Shown here in pieces: positions 8,530-20,228 of a stretch of 46,779 bases of DNA. The stretch comes from Candidatus Nomurabacteria bacterium (GTDB taxonomy: Bacteria; Patescibacteriota; Minisyncoccia; Phycocordibacterales; UBA5272), in the NCBI GenBank assembly GCA_037134695.1, contig JBAXLU010000003.1, positions 1 to 46,779 on the forward strand. Reading direction: 5' to 3'. Within the stretch, counting starts at the first letter, position 1; every line of letters starts with the position of its first letter. The notes beneath the pieces were generated by a model, which saw only the letters and a program-made list of their open reading frames with translations, made no database searches and was not told the DNA's origin. The position numbers were made by a program, and so were the translations under genes.

Positions 8530-8533
8530 AAAT

Positions 8534-8851
8534 ATGAAAGTACAAAATATTTTAACAGAAAAAAAAAGTATTCTCATAGAAGTTCTTGTGCTGTGTATTT
8601 TTCTTGGTGCTATGTATTATGTATATACAATAATGAGTGAAAAACCACCAACAACAACCGCTTCCACAAAAAAATTATTACTTGGCCCAAATTTAACACT
8701 TTTAATGAAAGCTGTTAATGAAGAACATCTTATTTTAAATGATACATCTTTTATGAACGGAGAGGTTGTTCGTCAGTTGCAGGACTTTTCCGAAATAATT
8801 TTACCTAATCCGACTCACGGTCGAGATGATCCTTTTTTTCCGTATAGATAA
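8534..8851 (+). CDS. Small membrane protein in pilus cluster (PilP-like position)
   Basis: One TM helix and a C-terminal GRDDPF (RDPF-like) motif. Confidence 0.55.
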   Translation: MKVQNILTEKKSILIEVLVLCIFLGAMYYVYTIMSEKPPTTTASTKKLLLGPNLTLLMKAVNEEHLILNDTSFMNGEVVRQLQDFSEIILPNPTHGRDDPFFPYR

Positions 8852-8861
8852 TTAAGTTGTC

Positions 8862-10601
8862 ATGCTTCTACTTGATCTTTTTGTTAGTCAAAATAAATTA
8901 ACTGAACTTGAAGCAAAAGATATTGAATCTGATCTTTCTTTGCGTGATGATATTCTTGTTGATGATATTTTAGCTAAAAAAAATATAAAAGGAGAAGATA
9001 TAACTGAAGTAAGAAGTATCCTTTACGGATTACCTATATATAAAGAAGAAATTCCAGAAGGAAAAGAGCTTACTAAATATATTAGTGTCACACAGTCAAA
9101 ACAGTTGTTGTCTGTTCCACTTGAATTAAAAGAAGGAGTATTGCTGGTTGGTGTGGTAGACCCAGAACATTCAAATGTATTAGATAGTTTACAATTTTTA
9201 TTTGGGACTGATCATCAGGCTTATAAAGTTTATTTGATTTCTTATGAAGATTTTAAAAAACATTTAGGGTTAACTTCTTCTGATATTTTAGATAAAGCAA
9301 CACTGTCTTCAAAAATAGATAATGAAGTTCTGTCTTATGTTTCAAAAGATGATGAACAAAAAGGACAATCAGATGATGATATAGATTTAACTGATATTGA
9401 GGGTGGTATTGATGGAGACTTAGCAAAATTACCAGTGCCAGATATTTTTAGTGTGATACTGCGTTATGCTATTGATAATGCTGCGAGTGATATTCACATT
9501 GAACATACTGGAACAGCTCTTCGTGCTCGTGTTCGATTAGACGGACAATTGGAGACTGCTACCTCACTACCGCCAAGAATTCACCCAATGCTTATTGCTC
9601 GTGTAAAAATTCTTTGTCAAATGAAACTTGATGAAAAAAGAAAACCACAAGATGGTCGTTTTAGTACAAAATTTGGAGATCATAATATAGATTATCGTGT
9701 GTCTACTTTTCCTGGATATTACGGAGAGAAAGTTGTTATTCGTATTTTGGATAGTTATAAAGGTGTACGCCCAATTGATAAACTCGGTTTTTCAGAACAA
9801 ATGATGAGGGAAATTCGAGCAGCACTAGACAGGCCTTATGGGATGATACTAATTTGCGGGCCTACAGGATCAGGAAAAACAACCACTTTATACTCTATGT
9901 TAAATGAGGTTGATCGTGAACATTTAAATGTAGTTTCTCTAGAAGATCCGATTGAATATAACGTTGGAAGTATGAATCAGTCTCAAGTCTTTCCAGAAAT
10001 TGGTTACACTTTTGCATCAGGTCTTCGTTCTATTTTACGTCAAGATCCGGATGTAATTATGGTGGGAGAAATTCGTGATGCAGAAACTGCACAGCTTGCT
10101 ATTCAAGCAGCTTTGACTGGTCACTTAGTATTTTCTACGATACACACCAACACAGCTATTGGTGTCGTTACTCGTTTACTAGATATGGGTGTTGAGCCAT
10201 ATCTTATTGCGCCGACTTTAATAGCGACAATTGGTCAAAGACTTTCTCGTCAGATCGCTGAAGGTTGTGGAAGTAAAATGGAAATGAATACAGGATTAAC
10301 AGAGCTTGTTCAAAGATCATTTAAAGATTTACCAGATGAATTTAAAACAAAAATGGGTCTTGATAGACCGCTTTATGAAGCAAAAGCAAATTCAACATAT
10401 GCTAATGGAACAAAGGGTCGTGTTCCAGTTTTTGAGGTATTAACCTTTACATCAGAGATTCAAGAGGCTGTACTTCATTCGAAAGGGGAAGAAGAAATCT
10501 GGAAAATGGCTCGTGCACAAGGAATGATTACAATGAAAGAGGACGCTATTACTAAGTGTTTGGCGGGTATCATTCCATTTGTAGAAATAAACGAGTTATA
10601 A
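8862..10601 (+). CDS. pilB: Type IV pilus extension ATPase (PilB/GspE family)
   Basis: Motifs ASDIHIE, PQDGR, Walker A GPTGSGKTT, LRQDPD and TGHLVFSTIHTN. Confidence 0.92.
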   Translation: MLLLDLFVSQNKLTELEAKDIESDLSLRDDILVDDILAKKNIKGEDITEVRSILYGLPIYKEEIPEGKELTKYISVTQSKQLLSVPLELKEGVLLVGVVDPEHSNVLDSLQFLFGTDHQAYKVYLISYEDFKKHLGLTSSDILDKATLSSKIDNEVLSYVSKDDEQKGQSDDDIDLTDIEGGIDGDLAKLPVPDIFSVILRYAIDNAASDIHIEHTGTALRARVRLDGQLETATSLPPRIHPMLIARVKILCQMKLDEKRKPQDGRFSTKFGDHNIDYRVSTFPGYYGEKVVIRILDSYKGVRPIDKLGFSEQMMREIRAALDRPYGMILICGPTGSGKTTTLYSMLNEVDREHLNVVSLEDPIEYNVGSMNQSQVFPEIGYTFASGLRSILRQDPDVIMVGEIRDAETAQLAIQAALTGHLVFSTIHTNTAIGVVTRLLDMGVEPYLIAPTLIATIGQRLSRQIAEGCGSKMEMNTGLTELVQRSFKDLPDEFKTKMGLDRPLYEAKANSTYANGTKGRVPVFEVLTFTSEIQEAVLHSKGEEEIWKMARAQGMITMKEDAITKCLAGIIPFVEINEL

Positions 10602-10723
10602 GCGCAATAAAATAATTCATCTACTTTGTTGTGATTTCGTTTTTATAAGTCAACGTACTATTAAGTACGTCTTCTTCTAAAAACTCATCACGCCTCGTAT
10701 CTGAATCATTTTCTTGCGCTTAT
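10598..10723. repeat. Stop-adjacent structured repeat, copy 3 (after pilB)
   Basis: Outer stem ataagcgcaa/ttgcgcttat includes the TAA stop; core gtcaacgtac-tattaa-gtacgtc; gcctcgtatctgaa. Confidence 0.88.
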
Positions 10724-10979
10724 TAAACCAGAAAAATTGAGAGCCTCGCATTCATTTCAATTTATTTAGTTTAAAGGAGGTTACCTTATTTCCACCCTTG
10801 TATGTAAGATGTAAGAATTTTGTATTACTCTTTCCTCTTAACTTCCAACTCTTTCCTATCTCTTTGTGAGTTATACAATTGTATCCAGTCATATACTTGA
10901 TATACTTTATATGTAAAGTAAATTGCTTATGGGAATTAAACCCCTAGCTTCTAACACCTAACCTCTAACAATTATTCTT

Positions 10980-12038
10980 ATGAATTACGAATCAGAACTT
11001 GATGACTTAATAATGACTTTAGTTAAAGAAACAGGGTCAGACCTTCATTTAACTGTTGGTTCTTTTCCTACCGTTCGTATTAATCGTGATTTAATTCCAT
11101 TGACTAGAAAAACAGAATTAACAGCAGAAGATACTGTTGGTTTTTTGCGTCAAATGGTGGGAGAAAAAACACTTACTAATTTTGTTATTACTCAGGAATT
11201 AGATTTTTCTTATGAACACAGAAAAGAATACAGATTAAGAGGCAATGCATCATTTCAGCATGGTTTTATTTCAATAGCACTTAGGTTAATACCTAAAGTA
11301 AAAGGAATTTCTGAACTTAGTTTACCAGATCAAATAGTACAGATTACGCGGGAGAAACAAGGATTTTTTCTAGTTGTTGGACCGGTTGGACAAGGTAAAT
11401 CTACAACCTTAGCTTCAATGATATCTTTAATTAATAGTGAATCTAAGAGACATATTGTAACAATAGAAGACCCAATAGAGTTTAGATTTGATCAAGATAA
11501 ATCCTTAATTGAACAACGTGAAGTTGGTGTTGATACAAAAGGTTTTAATGACGCTTTAGTGCACGTATTTAGACAGGATGCAGATGTTATTATGATAGGT
11601 GAGATGAGAGATAAAGATACAATTGCAACAGCTGTAACTGCTGCTGAGACAGGGCATTTAGTATTATCGACACTTCATACAAATTCTGCTGCTCAAACAA
11701 TTGATCGTATTATTGATAGTTTTCCTGGGGATCAGCAAGATCAGATTCGATTACAATTAGCGTCTTCTTTAATTGGTATTCTTTCTCAACGCTTAGTACC
11801 AAGAATTTCAGGAGGTCTTATTCCTGCTGTTGAACTTCTGCTTAATACTCCAGCTGTAGCGAATCTTATTCGCGAAAAAAGAACTCATGAGATAGATGTT
11901 TTAATTGAGACTGGGTCTCAAGAAGGCATGATAGATTTAGATAGATATTTAGCTAATTTGGTTAGAACTGGAGAAGTTGCAAAAGATGTTGCTTATGCTT
12001 TTGCAAGACGACAAAGTATATTTGAAAGGCTAATTTAA
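10980..12038 (+). CDS. pilT: Type IV pilus retraction ATPase PilT
   Basis: Motifs SDLHL, GPVGQGKSTT, AAETGHLVLSTLHTN and AVANLIRE (AIRNLIRE-like). Confidence 0.92.
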   Translation: MNYESELDDLIMTLVKETGSDLHLTVGSFPTVRINRDLIPLTRKTELTAEDTVGFLRQMVGEKTLTNFVITQELDFSYEHRKEYRLRGNASFQHGFISIALRLIPKVKGISELSLPDQIVQITREKQGFFLVVGPVGQGKSTTLASMISLINSESKRHIVTIEDPIEFRFDQDKSLIEQREVGVDTKGFNDALVHVFRQDADVIMIGEMRDKDTIATAVTAAETGHLVLSTLHTNSAAQTIDRIIDSFPGDQQDQIRLQLASSLIGILSQRLVPRISGGLIPAVELLLNTPAVANLIREKRTHEIDVLIETGSQEGMIDLDRYLANLVRTGEVAKDVAYAFARRQSIFERLI

Positions 12039-12045
12039 ATTATTT

Positions 12046-13260
12046 ATGATTTTTCATTACACAGCAATTAGTCAAGACGGAACAAAGACAGAAGCTGAAA
12101 TAAATGCTACGACACTTGATAATGCCATTTTTTTGCTTCAAAAAAAAGGATTAAGCGTTGTTGATATAAAGGAAAAACTTGAAAGCTCAGATTTTGATTT
12201 TTCTAATTTTCATTTTTTTAAACCTAAAATACGTCAAAAAGATATTGTTATTTTCTCACGTCAAATCGCTACTCTTTTTGAGGCTGGAGTCTCTGCGCTT
12301 AAAGCTTTTAGATTACTTGCTGCTGAAAATGAAAATTTGGCTCTGCAAGAGCAATTACTTGGTGTAGCTGATGATATAGAAGGGGGAGTCTCACTTTCTG
12401 ATGCTTTATTAAAAAGGCCACTTCTTTTTTCTACTTTTTATGTGAGTATGGTAAAAGCAGGGGAGGAAAGTGGAAAATTGAATGAGTCATTTTTATATTT
12501 AGCAGATTATATGGATAGAGATTACGAACTTAGACAAAAGATAAAAAAAGCATTAACTTACCCATCTTTTGTTATTGGAACTTTTATTATCATTATGGTT
12601 GCCATGTTTACTTTTGTTATACCAAAAATGACTGTGCTATTTACAGAACAGGGAACAGAATTACCTATGGTTACTAAAATAGTACTCGCTATTTCAAATG
12701 TCTTTGTTAATTATTGGATGATAGCAACCCCTATAGCGGTTGTTGGAGGTTGGTTTTTCTTTAGATGGTCACGTACACCTGGAGGAAAGGCTATTATTGA
12801 TGGGATCTCTATAAAAATACCAGTAATCAAAACTTTGATACAGAGAATATTTTTGCAGAGATTAGCAGACAATATGAATACAATGCTTTCAAGTGGTGTG
12901 CCTATCGTCAGATCTATTGATATTACCGCAGAAGTTGTCGACAATACTGTATACAAAGAACTTCTTGGACGTATATCTCAAAAAGTGCAGTCCGGCACAG
13001 CTTTTTCTAAGGCCTTATATGAAGAACCTCTTGTACCAAATATTTTAGTTCAAATGGTGCACATTGGTGAAGAAACAGGGGAATTGGGCTATATTTTGAA
13101 AAATTTGGCTAATTTTTACAGAAGAGAATTGGATACTTCTATAGATACAGTTATTGGATTGATAGAACCAGCAATGATTGTAGGACTTGGATTAGGTGTA
13201 GGGGTGTTAGTGGCTGCTGTACTTTTGCCTATGTATTCGTTAGCGTCCGCTATTGGTTAA
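12046..13260 (+). CDS. pilC: Type IV pilus platform protein PilC (T2SS F family)
   Basis: Two T2SSF repeats (AGEESGKL, GEETGEL), ALTYP, IEP and LLPMY. Confidence 0.93.
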   Translation: MIFHYTAISQDGTKTEAEINATTLDNAIFLLQKKGLSVVDIKEKLESSDFDFSNFHFFKPKIRQKDIVIFSRQIATLFEAGVSALKAFRLLAAENENLALQEQLLGVADDIEGGVSLSDALLKRPLLFSTFYVSMVKAGEESGKLNESFLYLADYMDRDYELRQKIKKALTYPSFVIGTFIIIMVAMFTFVIPKMTVLFTEQGTELPMVTKIVLAISNVFVNYWMIATPIAVVGGWFFFRWSRTPGGKAIIDGISIKIPVIKTLIQRIFLQRLADNMNTMLSSGVPIVRSIDITAEVVDNTVYKELLGRISQKVQSGTAFSKALYEEPLVPNILVQMVHIGEETGELGYILKNLANFYRRELDTSIDTVIGLIEPAMIVGLGLGVGVLVAAVLLPMYSLASAIG

Positions 13261-13317
13261 AATAGGAGAGAGAACATAAAGGAAAGAGGTAAGAGTAATA
13301 CAGATATATAAATACTA

Positions 13318-13348
13318 GAAATAACGGCGCCTACGGCGCCGTTATTTC
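13318..13348. terminator. GC-rich hairpin downstream of pilC
   Basis: gaaataacggcgcc-tac-ggcgccgttatttc, a perfect 14-bp stem. Confidence 0.6.
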
Positions 13349-13462
13349 CACTCTTTCCTCTAAACTCTTTACTCTTTACTATTTCCCTTTATCCCCAGTT
13401 CCCCTTGTGCTTTTCCTGTACAGTACTATACTTATACTTATCTACTAAAGATAGAAAAAATT

Positions 13463-14110
13463 ATGTCAAACAAATTTATGAAAAAAAGTTTACGTGGATT
13501 TACGCTTATTGAACTGATGGTGGTTATTGCTATTATTGGAGTTTTGGCGACAATTATCTCAGCACCGATTCAAACATATTTGAAGAAGAGTCGTGATGCT
13601 AAGAAAGTTGCCGATATGAATGAAATTAAAAATGCATTGGGGCAGTATTCTGTAGACCACAATGGTTATTTCCCAACTGATGTAAGTAAAGTCGTTCCTG
13701 CTTATATTAAGTCTCTTCCTTTAAATGTAGCTTCTACTACAGCCAATAAGGATAAGTATATGTATGTTATTTATCAAGATGGAGCTTCGAACGTAGTTTC
13801 TTATCACTTAGGTGTTGCTCTTGAATTCCAAAATACAGCTATACAAGGACTAGATGCTGATTGTACTGGTTATACCGCTGGTACTTTGTCATCTGGAGTT
13901 TGTGCTGTTTCTTCTTCTTCTAATTTTACAAACCTAGGCACCGTACCATCTGGGGCGACATGGAAAGCTACTGGCGGAGGCACTACTAATATTCTTACAG
14001 GTGCTGCAGATTTCGATGGTACAGATGAAGGTAGTGCTGCTCTCGATGCCGCTGTTTGTTATCCAATGAGTGATATGGGTTCAAACTGTGTTTACGATAT
14101 AGTTCCGTAA
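13463..14110 (+). CDS. Type IV pilin, probable major pilin
   Basis: Class III signal G|FTLIELMVVIAIIG, SRDAKK motif, and paired Cys residues in the C-terminal domain. Confidence 0.88.
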   Translation: MSNKFMKKSLRGFTLIELMVVIAIIGVLATIISAPIQTYLKKSRDAKKVADMNEIKNALGQYSVDHNGYFPTDVSKVVPAYIKSLPLNVASTTANKDKYMYVIYQDGASNVVSYHLGVALEFQNTAIQGLDADCTGYTAGTLSSGVCAVSSSSNFTNLGTVPSGATWKATGGGTTNILTGAADFDGTDEGSAALDAAVCYPMSDMGSNCVYDIVP

Positions 14111-14124
14111 TATAAAAATCTTTC

Positions 14125-14907
14125 GTGATTATTTTGGGTTCAATATTATTTTTCTTCTTTGGTGCATCAATTGGAAGCTTTGTGCAAGTCGTCTCTACTC
14201 GACTTTACATTGCTCCTATAATGAACGCTCGTAGTAAGTGCCTCTCCTGCGGAGAGGCACTTCGTGTGTATGATTTATTCCCTGTCCTGTCTTATTTATT
14301 TCTCGGTGGTAAATGTAGATATTGTAAAAGTTATTATGGAATCTCTGCTCTAATTATAGAATTGATTTATGGATCAGTATTTGTGTTATTGGCCCATTTA
14401 TTTTTACTTGGACAGACTTCTGTAATTGCTGCTTTTGTTTGGTTTGTTTATTACACTTTACTTTTTATTACTTTAGGGGTAATAGCCTTGTATGATAAAG
14501 AACATTCTTGTATACCAACAGGGTATCTTATTGGTTATATATTATTGACTATGGCTATGTTTGTTAAGAATTATATAAATGATCCTAGTCTTGTCACTCT
14601 TACTACACCACTTATAATTTCTTTACCATTTTTGATTCTTTGGGTTATTTCAAGAAAAAATCTTGGTTTTGGCGATATTGTTATGTTTTTTGGAGTTGGA
14701 GCCTTTTTTGGTCTAGCTCAAAGTATTGCGGTATTTCTTATATCAATTTGGACTGGGGCCATATTTGGCATTATTGTATATTTCTTAACCCCTAAGAATG
14801 AGAGAAAAAATATGACTATACCCTTTGTTCCTTTTATTGTTTTTGCTTTCTTTTTTGTATTGTTCACAGACATAAACATCTTTTCCATCGCTTCTTTATT
14901 TGCTTAG
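14125..14907 (+). CDS. pilD: Prepilin peptidase
   Basis: Motifs GSF, RSKCLSC, GKCRYC, GFGD and IPFVPF; multiple TM helices. Confidence 0.9.
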   Translation: MIILGSILFFFFGASIGSFVQVVSTRLYIAPIMNARSKCLSCGEALRVYDLFPVLSYLFLGGKCRYCKSYYGISALIIELIYGSVFVLLAHLFLLGQTSVIAAFVWFVYYTLLFITLGVIALYDKEHSCIPTGYLIGYILLTMAMFVKNYINDPSLVTLTTPLIISLPFLILWVISRKNLGFGDIVMFFGVGAFFGLAQSIAVFLISIWTGAIFGIIVYFLTPKNERKNMTIPFVPFIVFAFFFVLFTDINIFSIASLFA

Positions 14908-14922
14908 TGTTAACATTGAATA

Positions 14923-15579
14923 ATGAAGATGAAATCTCTCTTTAAAAGACGTATTTCTGGATTTACTATGGTAGAGCTTATTATTAGTATTTCTATTATG
15001 ATGACAATGACAGTATTGTTACTTTCTAAATATCCAGAATCTGCAATTAAAATGAATTTAATAAATAGTGCTCAAGTTATATCATTACTTATAAGAGAGG
15101 CTCAAATTAGAGGTAGTGCTGTCGACTCAATTAATTCAACCTTAGGTGGTTATGGTGTTTATGTAAAAATAGCAGATGACAACAGTCTAAGCACTATAAA
15201 ACTTTTTGGAGACACCGTTGATGGATCTTTTAATACAACTGGCCTTCCTATTGGAAATGGTATATTTGAGTTGAGTCCTACAGATGAAACAGAAAGTGTA
15301 ACTTCTTTACCTTTTGGTTACAGAATTACTAAAGTTTGTGGTGGTGAAAAACCAGCAACTTGCTATTCTGACGTTGATAAAACTTTGACTATTTCTTTTA
15401 CGCGACCAAGTCCAAACCCAGATATTTATCTTAATGCCACTAAGGATTCTAAGGGTGTCAATTACTCTAGGGCTTGTATTGAAATTCAAGCACCAGACCC
15501 ATTGCTTTTTAATCATATTCGCTCAGTAAATATTTTTAATTCTGGAATGATTAATACTTCGACATCTACTTGTAGTTAA
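14923..15579 (+). CDS. Minor pilin (prepilin N-terminal cleavage/methylation domain)
   Basis: G|FTMVELIISISI. Confidence 0.82.
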   Translation: MKMKSLFKRRISGFTMVELIISISIMMTMTVLLLSKYPESAIKMNLINSAQVISLLIREAQIRGSAVDSINSTLGGYGVYVKIADDNSLSTIKLFGDTVDGSFNTTGLPIGNGIFELSPTDETESVTSLPFGYRITKVCGGEKPATCYSDVDKTLTISFTRPSPNPDIYLNATKDSKGVNYSRACIEIQAPDPLLFNHIRSVNIFNSGMINTSTSTCS

Positions 15580-15581
15580 AT

Positions 15582-16205
15582 ATGAAATATTTTTTCAAAT
15601 TCAAATTAAGAAAAGAAGTAAAAGGTTTTACATTAATAGAATTGATGGTTGTTATCGCACTTTTTACGACGATCATGACTGTTACTATTGGAGCACTGTA
15701 TTCAGCCCAGGCAATAAATACTAAGTTACAACAAACTCAAATAATTTTAGATGGAGTTAATCTTGTTACAGAAGAAATAATACGTGATATTCGTTATGGG
15801 TCAGTATTTTTTTGTACAGACACAGTTCCAGTATCTTCTCCAGACAGGAGAGAATGTAGTTACCCTAATGGTAATTCTGTCTTAGCTTTTAAACCTGGAA
15901 ACGCTCTAACATTATCTAAATCTTCAAGTGATAGAATAGTTTATTATGTTTCTAATGGAGCTATTTTTAAAGAGGAATTTCCAGAAGGGGCACCAAAAGC
16001 ACCAATCCAGGTTACCTCCTCAGATATTCTAGTGGATAAACTTACCTTCTATGTAAAAGGGTCTGGTACTGCACTATCTGGTGATTATATACAACCACTA
16101 ATAACATTATCTATTACTGGCACAACAAAACCATCAAATTCAAAAGTTGCACCAGTTACTTTTTCTATTCAAACCTCCTCATCAGCTAGAGTTATGGATC
16201 AATAA
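15582..16205 (+). CDS. Minor pilin (PilW-like)
   Basis: G|FTLIELMVVIAL and IIRDIR. Confidence 0.82.
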   Translation: MKYFFKFKLRKEVKGFTLIELMVVIALFTTIMTVTIGALYSAQAINTKLQQTQIILDGVNLVTEEIIRDIRYGSVFFCTDTVPVSSPDRRECSYPNGNSVLAFKPGNALTLSKSSSDRIVYYVSNGAIFKEEFPEGAPKAPIQVTSSDILVDKLTFYVKGSGTALSGDYIQPLITLSITGTTKPSNSKVAPVTFSIQTSSSARVMDQ

Positions 16206-16207
16206 TT

Positions 16208-16912
16208 ATGATAAATCTTTTAAAAAAAAATTACTTTAGTAAAAAACAAGCAGAAATAAAAAATGTGAAAGCTTTTACTCTGGTTGAAACATTAACAGCT
16301 ATGTTTATTATATCAACTATTGTTTTGGGGCCACTTACAGTTGCTATGAATGCAGCAGCATACGCTAGACAGACAAAAGATGTAATGATTGCGACTTATT
16401 TAGCACAAGAATCTACTGAATTAATTCACCATTTACAAGACACCTTATACCTTAAATGTGTTGGTGATGTTTCGGGTGTATCTTGCCCAGCTTCCGACCC
16501 AAATGGTGATGGAGTTTTTGATGAACCAGGTGAATCATCATGGCTTCTTCTAAAGAATTATTTAACTTCAGGTAATTCTTGTTTTTCTAGTGATGGATGT
16601 GCTTATGATTTTATAGATATGACAATTGATGGAAATACTGCCCCAACTAAATATTCACTAAATAGCGGCCTGTGTAATACTCTATCTTTAACTTCTAATT
16701 ATTTATATGTTTGTTCAGGTGCCCATGGGGGTATAGGTGATACAAATACATCTTTTTCAAGAATAGTTAAGGTCGATAATATCGACGTACCAACTGGCGG
16801 TGATTCTGCTTACAATGATGGATTGAGAGTTACAGCTACTGTGTCATTTAGAAGATCTAATGGTTATATTCGTACAGTCAAATTGGTAGATTTCTTACAT
16901 GCCCATAAATAA
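16208..16912 (+). CDS. Minor pilin (PilV-like)
   Basis: A|FTLVETLTAM and ATYLAQESTE. Confidence 0.8.
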   Translation: MINLLKKNYFSKKQAEIKNVKAFTLVETLTAMFIISTIVLGPLTVAMNAAAYARQTKDVMIATYLAQESTELIHHLQDTLYLKCVGDVSGVSCPASDPNGDGVFDEPGESSWLLLKNYLTSGNSCFSSDGCAYDFIDMTIDGNTAPTKYSLNSGLCNTLSLTSNYLYVCSGAHGGIGDTNTSFSRIVKVDNIDVPTGGDSAYNDGLRVTATVSFRRSNGYIRTVKLVDFLHAHK

Positions 16913-17555
16913 TATGATAAATTTAAAACTATTTAAAATAAAAGGAAAAATTAAAAGTTCACATGGATTTGTAATACCTTTTACCTTATTAGTTTGTGCT
17001 ATTATTTTGTCTGTATCGACTGGTATCTCTCTTATCCTAGCCAAGGAACTTTATTTTTCTAAACTTTCTCGCGATAGTCAAGATGCTTATTATGCAGCGG
17101 ACAATGGACTTATGTGTGCTATTGCAATAGATGATGCTTATATTGATCCAGATACTGGCTCAGGTATTTTCCAGTACAGTAATCTTAATGATGCCTCTGC
17201 TGTGCTTAATAAAGTAAATGAAGAAAGAGCTTTAAAATCATTTAATGCTTTAAATCTTTATGGTGGAAATAGTATTAAATGTGCTACATCTGAAATCTTT
17301 GATCCGATAACAAATAGTTTTAAGGTTGATCCTTATCAACGTGAGAATACTTCGCATGTCACTGAGTATGGTAAGAGTTCTAGTTTTATGTTGCATATGA
17401 ATTTAGGGGATGGAACAACAAGGTGTGCAAAAGTGATAGTTAATAAAACAGGTATGTATCGTCAAATTATTTCACAGGGTTACGCAGAATGTCTGGACAC
17501 ACGTTCTAAATACCCAGTTGAACGTGCTGTAGTCAGCGAAACTGAAGTCAAGTAA
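16899..17555 (+). CDS. PilX-like minor pilin
   Basis: G|FVIPFTL lacks Glu5; SQDAYYAADNG motif. Confidence 0.75.
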   Translation: MPINNMINLKLFKIKGKIKSSHGFVIPFTLLVCAIILSVSTGISLILAKELYFSKLSRDSQDAYYAADNGLMCAIAIDDAYIDPDTGSGIFQYSNLNDASAVLNKVNEERALKSFNALNLYGGNSIKCATSEIFDPITNSFKVDPYQRENTSHVTEYGKSSSFMLHMNLGDGTTRCAKVIVNKTGMYRQIISQGYAECLDTRSKYPVERAVVSETEVK

Positions 17556-17725
17556 TTTTCATAATAAAATGACGCACTATTTCTTGTCCTTCGCTTGCTG
17601 GCTACGGACATCTTCGTAGCCAAGCTACTCGAGCTACAGAATTTTTCTTCGTCAATGTAGTATTAACTACATCTCCTTGAAAAATTCCTAGACGCCTCGT
17701 ACTGCATATAATTTCTGGTGAAGAT
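17556..17725. repeat. Stop-adjacent structured repeat, copy 4 (variant with an extra hairpin)
   Basis: Core gtcaatgtag-tattaa-ctacatc; middle stem gaatttttc/gaaaaattc; gcctcgta. Inserted hairpin tggctacg...cgtagcca. Confidence 0.75.
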
Positions 17726-17842
17726 AACACAGTTCAGTTATTTAGTGTGCTTTATCCATTTTCTTTCGAAAATGGATAGCAGATTTTTATAAATATTATC
17801 TATATTTACCAAGCCTTTTTAAGGGTTTTGTGTTATAATTAA

Positions 17843-19891
<2,049 letters not shown>

Positions 19892-19898
19892 TCTCCCT

Positions 19899-20183
19899 AT
19901 GTCATTAACAGAACAAGATTTAGATAATTTATCAAATTTGGCACGTATAACTATAGCACCTGAAGAAAAGCAGAAAATGCTTTTAGATTTGCAGTCTATT
20001 TTGGGTTATGTTTCAGAAATTAATTCTGTTGAAGGAACTATTACACGTGGAGAGGAAGATGTTTTTAATGTTGTAAGAGAAGATATTATTACTAGAGAAA
20101 CTGGTTCAAATACTGATGCAATACTTGCAAATGCTCCGAAAGTAAAAAATGGATTTGTGGAAGTAGAACAAGTTCTTAAGTAG
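19899..20183 (+). CDS. gatC: Asp/Glu-tRNA amidotransferase subunit C
   Basis: Motifs LSNLARI, ILGYVSEI, NVVRED and LANAP; directly upstream of gatA. Confidence 0.9.
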   Translation: MSLTEQDLDNLSNLARITIAPEEKQKMLLDLQSILGYVSEINSVEGTITRGEEDVFNVVREDIITRETGSNTDAILANAPKVKNGFVEVEQVLK

Positions 20184-20228
20184 AAAATCCGTAAAGCCCG
20201 TAAAGTTAAAAATCAGAAATACAAATAC

